64,000 nucleotides of DNA from an uncultured virus (IMG/VR IMGVR_UViG_3300042568_000222) (Duplodnaviria; Heunggongvirae; Uroviricota; Caudoviricetes; Crassvirales). Below the pieces are notes generated by a model. That model saw only the letters and a list, made by a program, of their open reading frames with translations, made no database searches and had not been told where the DNA came from. Each line of letters starts with the position of its first letter. The first letter of the stretch is position 1. The DNA is taken from IMG/VR virus record IMGVR_UViG_3300042568_000222; one strand, given 5' to 3'. Shown here in pieces: positions 29,554-39,200 of the stretch. Position numbers and translations under genes: made by a program.

Positions 29554-30612
29554 ATGGAAACTTTTGAGATTGTAAACTCTGCTGAAGAGCTGATCGCTAG
29601 CATGGAAAAAGAGGGGGTTGCCCCTATTGTTGAGGATCAGGTACAGGCAGAGCCTATTGTTGATGAGGGTCAAAGCGTTGACACTCAAGAATTTTTGACA
29701 GAAGAAACAAATCAACCGTACGTTGAAGAAACGGTAACCTCACCTAGCTTTTCTGAGGATGAAATTGAGAATGCAGTTGTAATGTACCTGAGCGAAAGGC
29801 TGGGTACGCAACTTGAATCTCTTGACGACATCTTTCAGGCACAGCAAACAGGGGTTGACGAAAGGATCGAAGCAATCGCTCGATTTGTTCAGGAAACAGG
29901 TAGAGCGCCAGAAGACTGGTTCAGATATCAGTCCCTCAATCCATCCGAAATGGATGACTTGACGGCTGTGAGAGTCCAGATGGCTGCGGAATACCCTAAC
30001 TTGTCTTATGACGAGATCAACACGTTGGTCTCTCACAAGTACAAGCTGAACCCTGAGATTTACGACGAGGGTGATGTTCGTTTGTCCACGCTTCAATTGA
30101 AGATTGATGGTCAGAAGGCAAAGGAATCTATTGACGGTATTCGCCGTCAGTACGAAGCCCCTGAACACCAACAGGCAGCCTACGAGCCAGAGAGCTTTGT
30201 TGACGATCAGTGGATCGCGAATATGTATCACGAAGTAGACACGTTTGAAGGAGTTGAATTTGACCTTGGGAACGGAAAGGCGTTCAAGTACGGGGTCGAT
30301 GACAACTACAGAAACTATCTCAAGCAAAAGGGCGAACGTTTAGAGAACTATTTCGATACGTACATTAGAAATGATGGGTCTTGGGACTATGATCTCTTGT
30401 CTTCCCACATGGCTGTAGTCGATAACATCGATGCAATCGTGAAGTCTGCTTATCAGCAGGGTCTTGGGGACGGACAAAGAAACATAGTGAACAAGGCTGC
30501 AAATGTTTCCGCTTCGGCCCCTCAGCAGCGAGTAAACACTGATTCTGACCCTATTATTGATCAGATATCTAAACTTATGGGGGTAAATAACACACTAACT
30601 TTTAAACTCTAA
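29554..30612 (+). CDS. Putative capsid scaffolding protein
   Basis: Acidic, helical, immediately upstream of the capsid gene; ends AYQQGLGDG. Confidence 0.65.
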   Translation: METFEIVNSAEELIASMEKEGVAPIVEDQVQAEPIVDEGQSVDTQEFLTEETNQPYVEETVTSPSFSEDEIENAVVMYLSERLGTQLESLDDIFQAQQTGVDERIEAIARFVQETGRAPEDWFRYQSLNPSEMDDLTAVRVQMAAEYPNLSYDEINTLVSHKYKLNPEIYDEGDVRLSTLQLKIDGQKAKESIDGIRRQYEAPEHQQAAYEPESFVDDQWIANMYHEVDTFEGVEFDLGNGKAFKYGVDDNYRNYLKQKGERLENYFDTYIRNDGSWDYDLLSSHMAVVDNIDAIVKSAYQQGLGDGQRNIVNKAANVSASAPQQRVNTDSDPIIDQISKLMGVNNTLTFKL

Positions 30613-30619
30613 CTAAAAA

Positions 30620-32014
30620 ATGGCACTTTCTGAAACTCAATTGGCCAGTACTAAAAACGGTGGAAACGTAATCACCGCTGGCTCGGTAAAAGCAACTCCT
30701 GACAAGTATACCGCCCTTGGCGAATTTTTGTCTGTAAACGACATTAACAAACCCCAGGTACGCGAACTGTTCGTTAAGACGTTCGGCGATCAGGGTATCA
30801 CTGGATTTTTGACCCTTACGGGCGCTACGAAGAACGCTGGTCAAGCAGACCAGATTGAATGGTTCGAGGAAAAGCGCAGACACAGAAAGGCAAGAAACTC
30901 TGGCGCAATTGGATTTACGTCTGGCGCAGGTCAGGGTGTATTTACTGGTGGTAGCGGAGCTTATGTCCCCCAGCAATATGACGTGTTGATGAACACCAGT
31001 GACGGAGCTAGATATTTGGTTACTGGATTGTCTAGCGGATATAATGCTGCTGGTGGTACTGCTACCCTCACCGCAATCGGCGATGCTGCATATACTACAG
31101 ACCCAGCGGCAAATTCTGAGTTTGCAATTCTTGGCAATATGTACCCACAGGGTTCTAACCAACCCACTTACTATGTTGAGCCTGGGTATACGCGTAGAAA
31201 GAACCCGTTCATGATTGTGAAGGAGAAGTACGAGGTTACTGGCTCTCAAGCAACGAACATCGGTTACGTGAACACTGGTAATGGTGATTACAGATGGTTC
31301 ATGTATGGCGAGTCTGAAGCCCGTGCAAGATTCATGGACAAGCGTGAATTGATGTTGTTGTTCGCAAAGCAAGCAGACGATCTTGTTTCTGCGACTGACG
31401 GTCTTGCTGGCTCTGAGGGTTACATCTCCGCAATTGAAGATAGAGGCAACGTCTACTCTGGATCTTTTGAGGGTTTTTCTGACATCGACTTGATCATCGC
31501 TGAACTTGACAAGCAAGGCGCTCCTGCTGAGTACGCTATGTACCTCAACAGAACCTTCGAACTCAATATCGACGATATGCTTGCACAAGGTATCGCTACG
31601 CAGGTTACGGCTGGCCTTCCTGGACAGTTTGGAGCCTTCAACAACAGCGCAGACCTTGCTGTACAGCTTGGCTTCAAATCATTCACGAGAGGCGGTTACA
31701 CCTTCCACAAGCACAGCTGGAAGCTCCTGAACGATCCCACGTTGCTTGCTGGTTCTAAGTACGCAGGTGTGATGATCCCCATGAGCCAAGTCGCTGACGC
31801 TCGTACGGGTGTGAAGTCTCCTGCCCTTGAGATGAACTACAAAGCATCCAACGGCTACAGCAGAGAGCTTGAGCATTGGGTGACTGGTGGTGGTGTTCTT
31901 GGTTACACGAACAACGGTACGGATGGTAAGGACGTTGCTACGTTCCACTACCGTTCGGAAGTGAACCTGATCACTCGTGCTGCCAACCAACACTTTGTGC
32001 TGAAGACTGCGTAA
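30620..32014 (+). CDS. Major capsid protein
   Basis: IEWFEE, IVKEKYEVTGS, GSEGYISAIEDRG, LGFKSFTRGGYTFHK; followed by a hairpin. Confidence 0.88.
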   Translation: MALSETQLASTKNGGNVITAGSVKATPDKYTALGEFLSVNDINKPQVRELFVKTFGDQGITGFLTLTGATKNAGQADQIEWFEEKRRHRKARNSGAIGFTSGAGQGVFTGGSGAYVPQQYDVLMNTSDGARYLVTGLSSGYNAAGGTATLTAIGDAAYTTDPAANSEFAILGNMYPQGSNQPTYYVEPGYTRRKNPFMIVKEKYEVTGSQATNIGYVNTGNGDYRWFMYGESEARARFMDKRELMLLFAKQADDLVSATDGLAGSEGYISAIEDRGNVYSGSFEGFSDIDLIIAELDKQGAPAEYAMYLNRTFELNIDDMLAQGIATQVTAGLPGQFGAFNNSADLAVQLGFKSFTRGGYTFHKHSWKLLNDPTLLAGSKYAGVMIPMSQVADARTGVKSPALEMNYKASNGYSRELEHWVTGGGVLGYTNNGTDGKDVATFHYRSEVNLITRAANQHFVLKTA

Positions 32015-32029
32015 AATAAACTGAGGAAA

Positions 32030-32053
32030 AGGGAGGGGCTTCGGCCCTTCCCT
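32030..32053 (+). terminator. Hairpin after the capsid gene (weak U-tract)
   Basis: GGGAGGGGC-TTCG-GCCCTTCCC. Confidence 0.65.
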
Positions 32054-32075
32054 CTACTCTTAAAACAAAGAAATC

Positions 32076-32396
32076 ATGCCAAAAGCAAATATTTTCCCTA
32101 TGTTTCTTGATAATGCAGCGATTGTGGTTAGTACCGCTGGCGCTTTGCCAGTTACCACAAGCTTCATTATTTTGGATAGCGGATCGTCATTGGCTGTAAC
32201 GCTTCCTGACGGCGTTGAAACTGGTCAATTGATGACTCTCTTTAGCAAAAATGGTGGAGCGAAAGTTATTACTGTTACTAATGATATTACTGCTGATGCA
32301 GATGTTATTACGTTGGGTTCAGCTGGTCAATCAGTGCTTCTTATGTGGAATGGAAGTGCATGGGCCACGCTTACTGCTTCGGGTACTCCCGCCTAA
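32076..32396 (+). CDS. Putative capsid decoration/fibre protein
   Basis: AVTLPDG..GQ..ITL..AGQSVLLMWNGSAW. Confidence 0.65.
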   Translation: MPKANIFPMFLDNAAIVVSTAGALPVTTSFIILDSGSSLAVTLPDGVETGQLMTLFSKNGGAKVITVTNDITADADVITLGSAGQSVLLMWNGSAWATLTASGTPA

Positions 32397-32419
32397 TAAA
32401 ATCCAAAAGTTTGTTTAAG

Positions 32420-32440
32420 AAGGGGCTTCGGCCCCTTTTC
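32420..32440 (+). terminator. Intrinsic terminator abutting a TATATTTG promoter
   Basis: AAGGGGC-TTCG-GCCCCTTTT. Confidence 0.8.
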
Positions 32441-32452
32441 TTATATTTGTAT

Positions 32453-33757
32453 ATGCCTAAATACTTTCTGTTCAACAAAGAACAAGTCGGCCCTAGCAGC
32501 ACAAACACGTCTGACACTGGGGTGGGCATCAGCGTTATATCTGTCTCTGCTGATCACGTGTCCTTCATAACTGCCACAAGCGGTGCTGTAAACATCGTAT
32601 TTAACAACGCAGGGGTGTTCGATCACGTAGACCTTGGGGAAGGGGAATCGCTGCGTAAGACAAGCATAACCATATCATGCAACATAGGTGAGGAGTCTAA
32701 ACTGGTTGAGCAGATCACGAACTTTATCTCAAGCCCAAACACCAACCAAACGGTGATGAAGTTTGACTTCGTGAACAACACGACTAGCTTCTTGAGTGCA
32801 GATGTCTCTAGCCCAAAGAGCATCTCTGCAAAGGTTCACAATGCCCCAGAAGACCTGAAGGAGAAGTACATCCTGTACAATCCAACTGGACTGACTTCAC
32901 ATATCGTAAACGGCATTCAGTTTACTGAAGACACATACCCAATCCTTGACCTTGACGCTGCCAATCCAGCAAACTTTAGCGGGGTAAGCGGTGCTACGTT
33001 TACCAGTTGGAATAATTCCAGTCAGTTGGCTGGGGCAACAGCATACAACTTTTATTCTCCAGCGGTTTCGTTATCGCCGCAGTTGTCAGAAGCCGTCACA
33101 AATGGCCTTGGAACTACGGCGGTTTATTTTGGTGATAATGAAGATATTCAAGGCAACCAACCAGATTTGGCTCTTGAATCTATTTTATATGCATACGAGG
33201 ACTATACAATATATATGGTTATAGGTCTTCCTAAGTACTATAACCCGACCATGAATTTGGCGGAAAGAGTAAGATCTTTTAAACGAATTTACGGGTCTTC
33301 CACTTGTGCAGGACCGTTTTCTCCAGACGAACCATCTAGATTTGAGGTTAGACACGGGGCACTTGAAGGAACTCCTGCATCTATGTCAACGCTTAGCGGT
33401 AATTATGGAACTACTCCGTATGAATTCCCAGCAAAAGACATAAAAAATCCAACTCACACCTGTTATGTGTTTATTGTAAGAAGAGACCTTCAAAACAATA
33501 TGTATTTGCATAATTACCAAGGAGATTTGGTTGGATATATTCCAGCGGTTGTGGAAGGAACTGACGCTACACCATTCAGGACTGATCAAGCCCTCATAAT
33601 AGAATACCTCGGGACAAACAACACTGGAGACAAAGAGATGAAGGATTCTTTTGTGGGGTACTTGGCTAGGTTTGGTGTAATCAAAAAGGATATTGGTTCA
33701 TCAGAAGCGGCTAGGCTTGCCATTGCTCTTTACGAGCGATATAAACCAACTGCATAA
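32453..33757 (+). CDS. Virion protein with C-terminal LamG-like domain
   Basis: Start MPKYFLF 3 nt after TATATTTG; ILDLDAA..SWNNSS..FVGYLARFGV..LYERY. Confidence 0.65.
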   Translation: MPKYFLFNKEQVGPSSTNTSDTGVGISVISVSADHVSFITATSGAVNIVFNNAGVFDHVDLGEGESLRKTSITISCNIGEESKLVEQITNFISSPNTNQTVMKFDFVNNTTSFLSADVSSPKSISAKVHNAPEDLKEKYILYNPTGLTSHIVNGIQFTEDTYPILDLDAANPANFSGVSGATFTSWNNSSQLAGATAYNFYSPAVSLSPQLSEAVTNGLGTTAVYFGDNEDIQGNQPDLALESILYAYEDYTIYMVIGLPKYYNPTMNLAERVRSFKRIYGSSTCAGPFSPDEPSRFEVRHGALEGTPASMSTLSGNYGTTPYEFPAKDIKNPTHTCYVFIVRRDLQNNMYLHNYQGDLVGYIPAVVEGTDATPFRTDQALIIEYLGTNNTGDKEMKDSFVGYLARFGVIKKDIGSSEAARLAIALYERYKPTA

Positions 33758-33793
33758 TAACTATATTTGCACGTCTACTTTAATTAAATAAAC

Positions 33794-34627
33794 ATGAGTG
33801 AAACAACTACAAAGCGGCCTGTTGGTAGGCCGTCGTCTCAGCAAGAGACATCAGAAACCCCAGCGGTTCAAAAGAAGAAGCCTCTCGTTCGTTATGAGTA
33901 CAACGAGGAAACTCCTATAGAACACGCTGTATATGAGATTATGGGGGACCACGGAGTCACCTACATGATCAACCAGCACAACATCAACATCTACGACCCC
34001 GAAGAAAAGCGTGTTCGTCAGATTAGATACTGCCCTGGTGAACACAGCGTATACTACGAAGACCAAAACCCTTCATCCAAGAAGGAGCCAATCATCTTTA
34101 GAGATGGGAATCTTTTTATCCCCAAGGAGAAGCCGAACCTTCAGGAGTTTATGAAGTTGCACCCTGGTAATAAAATTAACGGAGGTAGCATTTTTAGACT
34201 CGTAAACAATCGAGTCAACATAGAGCAAGAACTGACTCAAGAGTTCGATGTGTTTGATTCAGTTGCTATGGTTCGTGAGAAGACCATTGATGAACTTATG
34301 CCTGTGGCTATGTACTACAACGTCAACGTAGACAGACCCGTCAGCGAGATTAAGTACGACCTCTTGCAAATCGCCAAGAAGAAGCCAAAGCAGTTCATGG
34401 CTGCCTTTGACGATCCGATGGTCAAGGTCCGTAGCGTCATCAACAAAGCATCCCAGTACCAGATCATTAGACTTGCTGAGAATGGTTGCTACTGGTTTGA
34501 CTCTAACACGTTGATTGTGGCTGTACCTGTGGGTCAAGTACCTACGGAGGTGCTTACTAGATTCTGTTTGACCGAACGAGGCGCGACAGTCCTCTCATCT
34601 ATAGAGGAGCAACTGGAGAAGATCTAA
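33794..34627 (+). CDS. Conserved phage protein of the head-tail block
   Basis: RQIRYC..S.Y.EDQ..PIIFRDGNL..NLQEFMKLHPGN. Confidence 0.7.
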   Translation: MSETTTKRPVGRPSSQQETSETPAVQKKKPLVRYEYNEETPIEHAVYEIMGDHGVTYMINQHNINIYDPEEKRVRQIRYCPGEHSVYYEDQNPSSKKEPIIFRDGNLFIPKEKPNLQEFMKLHPGNKINGGSIFRLVNNRVNIEQELTQEFDVFDSVAMVREKTIDELMPVAMYYNVNVDRPVSEIKYDLLQIAKKKPKQFMAAFDDPMVKVRSVINKASQYQIIRLAENGCYWFDSNTLIVAVPVGQVPTEVLTRFCLTERGATVLSSIEEQLEKI

Positions 34628-34648
34628 TAAACTGATTCTTAACCAGAT

Positions 34649-34683
34649 GAAGGGCCGCCATTTATGGTGGCCTTTCTTTTTTT
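34649..34683 (+). terminator. Intrinsic terminator abutting a TATATTTG promoter
   Basis: GGCCGCCA-TTTA-TGGTGGCC followed by a T-run. Confidence 0.8.
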
Positions 34684-34694
34684 ATATTTGCTGT

Positions 34695-35441
34695 ATGGCT
34701 AGTACTATTGTCGTTTATAATGCCTTAAAAGATCTCGTCAACAAGGAGCAGAAGGGTTTTATAAATGCTTCCGTTTTCAATTCCTTGGCTGACATAGCAC
34801 AGCGTACAATCTTCAACGAGATGATGACTGAACTCGTTGAAGGGAAGAAGCTTGCGCGTAATTCTGTGGATGTCGGGAACAGACTCTCGTACAGAGAGCG
34901 CAAGATCGAAGACCTTTCCCCGTTTATTATACTTGACGAAGAAGTGTCTGGGGGTTCAAGTAACACGTACCCAAAGCCAGTCAATCTGTTTAAGATTATC
35001 TCTATTCGCAATGGAGCCGCTACTCCTTCAAACGCAGACCCAAACATCAATGACGTTGTAGGGGAATACGAACTGCTTTATGACGTTTCGATACTAGACA
35101 GCGTTCGTAATAGCAGAATATCTGGGCCAACTAGAAACTTTCCAGTGGCCTTGATTGCTGACAAGATATATGTCTATCCAGTTGATACTGATCAGATCCT
35201 GATCAGCTATTACAGACAACCAGGTTCTTATTATCAAGGCAACGCTTCTCCCCTTGCCCCCTTATACGTAAACAGCGTCATCAACGGGATAGAGTTTGTA
35301 GATCCATTAAATACTAGGGACTTCATGCTTCCTGATCACTATGTACCCGAAATCGTTAGTGTCATGGCGGAGATGGTTGGGGTACACCTTAGAGATGGCG
35401 ATGTCCTACAATACTCTCAAGCTAAAGCAGCAGCTGAATAA
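34695..35441 (+). CDS. Tail ring/adaptor protein 1
   Basis: VYNAL..LVNKEQKGFI..FN..AQ..IF; YYRQP; position after the capsid block. Confidence 0.7.
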   Translation: MASTIVVYNALKDLVNKEQKGFINASVFNSLADIAQRTIFNEMMTELVEGKKLARNSVDVGNRLSYRERKIEDLSPFIILDEEVSGGSSNTYPKPVNLFKIISIRNGAATPSNADPNINDVVGEYELLYDVSILDSVRNSRISGPTRNFPVALIADKIYVYPVDTDQILISYYRQPGSYYQGNASPLAPLYVNSVINGIEFVDPLNTRDFMLPDHYVPEIVSVMAEMVGVHLRDGDVLQYSQAKAAAE

Positions 35442-36280
35442 TGGCACACAATACAGTTACACTCAAGAATATTATCGGGGACTTCAAGATAGCCTTGGAC
35501 TCCGATGATTACATCAGCAATGTGTCTGACGTTCAACTCAGAAACATAGCCCTTCGTGGTATTCGTGATATTGGGTTTGATGTCGGCAAGAAGGTAAAGT
35601 CCTTGAAATTACCTGTGGAGACTAACGATACCGTTAACCTTCCAGACGACTTTGTAGACTTGATTAAGATTGGTGTGGTTGCTGAAGACGGACTGGTATA
35701 TGTGTTTGCAGAGAATAAGAACATCAACCATTCTTACCAAAAGATCAGCAACACAGGTGTTGATGCTACGTATACTACCTTCAACAACTCGCCTTTGAAT
35801 ATAGAGGCAAACAAGATCGAGGACACCGCAGAAGCAAAGACGGCTACATTGAATCAGTCTGACACAATCGACAGCTTCTATGAGTACGTATTTGAGAACT
35901 TTATGTACGAAGGTGGTATCGGGAGAATCTATGGCATGGGCGGAGGGCATCACAGAGGCGAATACAGGATCAATCTCGACCAGAACAGGATAGAGGTCAA
36001 GAAAGGCTCTGATATCAATGAGGTGGTCTTAGAATACGTTGCTGACGAAGCTAGATCTGGCAACCCTACTGTTCACGTATATGCAGAGGAAGCATTGCGT
36101 GCATATATGTATTATAAGTTGATTGAGAAGAAAGCCACTGTACCTGCTGGTGAGAAGGCTAGGGCAAGGGCCGAGTACTACAACGAAAGAAGACTGGCTA
36201 ACGCAAGACTATCTAACTTCACAAAGGAGAACGCTCTGAAGACGATTAGAAAGAACTTTACACAAGCGCCTAAGTATTAA
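35441..36280 (+). CDS. Tail ring/adaptor protein 2
   Basis: LPDDFVDLIKIG, VVLEYVAD, VHVYAEEAL, RRLANARLSN. Confidence 0.7.
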   Translation: MAHNTVTLKNIIGDFKIALDSDDYISNVSDVQLRNIALRGIRDIGFDVGKKVKSLKLPVETNDTVNLPDDFVDLIKIGVVAEDGLVYVFAENKNINHSYQKISNTGVDATYTTFNNSPLNIEANKIEDTAEAKTATLNQSDTIDSFYEYVFENFMYEGGIGRIYGMGGGHHRGEYRINLDQNRIEVKKGSDINEVVLEYVADEARSGNPTVHVYAEEALRAYMYYKLIEKKATVPAGEKARARAEYYNERRLANARLSNFTKENALKTIRKNFTQAPKY

Positions 36281-36281
36281 G

Positions 36282-39200
36282 ATGATAAATAAAATATTAC
36301 CTCGTCAACTAGATTCTACAACGGATCTGAAGTTGACGGCAGAGAACGCTATGGTCGATGCTCTCAATGTCAGATACACTGTCAATGAGACTTCTTCCAA
36401 TGCAGATGGGGATGATTCGTCTGGTGATGCTGGTGTTCTCAAGAACATCAAGGGTAATGTTCGTGCTAATTATTTGAATTCTTGGGACAAACTAATTCAA
36501 GATGAAGAAGAAGTAATCAAGTTCAGGACCCTGGGTAGCGTTGTAGATAACAAGGCCAAGATCATATACTTCTTTGTTTGGAGTAGTAGACCATCGGAGC
36601 ATGGGATATATGCATACGACCCATATGGGAAGTTGCCTAAGAATAAGACCAACGGAGCTGGATTGAAAAACTCAGTCAGACTTATCATGAAGTCTAGCGA
36701 GTTTAAGTTTCAACCAGACAGTTTCGTAAGTGCTGACATAGTTCACGTGAATATGTCTGAGTTTGCAAGGCATGATGCTGTGCGCACGAAGATGATAGAT
36801 GAAGGTATCTGGGACGACATGAACACGGATACCCTGATCTACTTCACGGACAATAACAACGAACCTAGAAAGGTTAATGCATACAGGGCGCTGTTGAACA
36901 ACCAGCAACAGTCTACTGGAAACCAAGGGTATGCTTCGTACAGCATCTTTGAGGTGAGGGATCTTATCTGTGCTTGCCCTAGAACCCCGTTGCACAAGAT
37001 TGACTTTGAGTTTGGTCAGGACCCTACGTTCGCTGAATCAAACTTCAAGAACACAAACAGTTTTCAGTTTGCGTATCAATTCGTATATAGAGACGGGATT
37101 GAATCATCTATCTCTCCTTACTCACTGAATGCAGTCCCTGTTGTGTTGTTGGAGCAGGGTTCAAATACTGCTGTCAACTACATCACAAACAACGTGTGTG
37201 TATTGACTGTGCCTGAGTGGAACAAAGAAGTTGAGTTTGTAAAGATCCTTGTGCGTGAAGGTGACAACGGCTCATGGCTTGTGCTGGATGAGGTAAGCAC
37301 TACAGAGAGTTCTGAGAACTGGCTGTTCTCGTCTAGGAACTATAAGTTCTATAACAACAAGGTGCTGACTGGTGTAAGTGCAGAGGAAGTTGCAAAGCAG
37401 TTTGACAACGTGCCTAAGATGGCTCAGTGTCAAGTTGTGTCAAACAACAGGTTGTTTTACGGGAACTATGTCGATGGGTTCGACAACGTCAAGGTAGAGG
37501 CGAAGATTACGCCATTGTTCTCTGAAAGAGACACTGAAAGAGACACAGCCATTAAGATTATTAGCGGCATTAGACCCCATGCTGAATGGAGGCCAGATGA
37601 CCCCATAAGCAACAAGATAAATAAGAACAGAATGTACAATGGTGGCTCTAACTACATCATAGATGCTAGGGAAGCCACAATACTTAGAAATGGAGATGTT
37701 GTTGAGTTTAACCTTAGCATCGCTCCAGACAGGAACTTTCATATATACAGGAAAGGCACAAGGATGCCTTCGGCTGATGTTAAGACGGCTGACAGATATT
37801 ACAACGGAGATCCGTTCTATGAAGAAGTTAATGAAAACGGGGAAAACAGGGAGTATTTTCATTCTCGCCCAGAGTCAGAATTTGCTGGTTACAGCAAAAG
37901 CATTTGGGGATATACTCCTATAAAATCAAACGTAAACTACAGATACTTTCACCCGATTGTCAAATCAGACGATGTATTATCTAAAGTAAAGTTTGGCTCC
38001 TCGCCAGAGAACCCGCTAATCATCAAGGGTGGTCAACTTTCATTTAGCGTCTCATTTAAGTACAATGGAGAGGACGTAGATGGGGAAAACGCTTCAAATG
38101 TCATCGGGCTTACTGTAGCTGAATTGCTTAGCGGTACTGAATTAACTTACAGCGATCAAATAGAAGTAATAACAAACAATAATCAGTTTGTTTATTCGCT
38201 GGATTTAGGATTAAATGATTTTGACAAGATTAAAAACAGCAGGGGGTTACTTGGTTGTAATGCTTTGGGTGAGGCTTTGGAAGATTATGACGAGCCAGAT
38301 CCAAGAGCTAATTTGATTTGCGCTATTGGCGACGAAAACGGATTTGATTCAAATGTTGTGGCTGGTTCGTATATCAACGGTCCTTGCGGATACTTCATTG
38401 TTAACAAAGCAAAAGTCAGGTTTTCTTTTGATTTTGTAAAAAAAGCAAACAACACTGAAAATTCTGTTTGTGAACTTCTTTTGAATATAGATAAAATAGA
38501 AGGCATTGATGCGTTTACTTGTTTGAGGTCTCCGCAACAATTGTCATCTTGGTATGTAGTCAGTAAGAATACGCTTGCTCAGAACAACGCTATTGGTAGC
38601 GAAACAGCTGAAGGGATTGTTTCTGAGATAGCAGACACAGATATAAATGATTTTTTATTCACTATAAACCCAAACCAGCAGTTTGCTAATGACTGGTCTG
38701 ACTTCTCATCAAACTCTACTGGCAATGAAATAAAAGGGGCTAGGAATTATTTAAAGCAGTTTGGATACTTGGACCTTGAGGAAATTAACGAACAAGATCT
38801 TTCTAGGAATAAGTGGTCATTTGAGTTTGCTCCAGACGTAAACAAGGTGGGCGTTTGTGTTACGGATGGAGAGGTAGGCCCAGGCGGTATCGGTGGTTCA
38901 GCGACATATAACAGCCTTCAGCTGTATAAGCATGGGTCTGTATCATTGATAAACAACTTCTTTCCGTCTCAAGCGATTGCTCAAGAATCGCAAACGCCTG
39001 AGGTAGAAGGTCTTTCTAACTATGAGGCCCAAATTCTATCAAACACATTGGGAGGAGCGTTTGCTCAATCAATTATCCCAATATCATTTGATATAAATAA
39101 TGTTTATAGCGGCGTGTCTTCAATTGGGACTAATGGAGGCTTATTGTATGCTATTGGGGGTACGTTCTTTACTGGACACACTCAATGGACAGTTATCCTG

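Noticed and set aside
30602..31588. 328-aa antisense ORF over the capsid gene, and similar shadows over portal and terminase
   Set aside because: No recognisable motifs; explained by codon bias on the coding strand
32345..32452. Extended N-termini given by the ORF track (also 7376, 17515, 19678, 34647, 58793, 6113)
   Set aside because: The extensions run through terminators, promoters or upstream genes; downstream ATGs fit better
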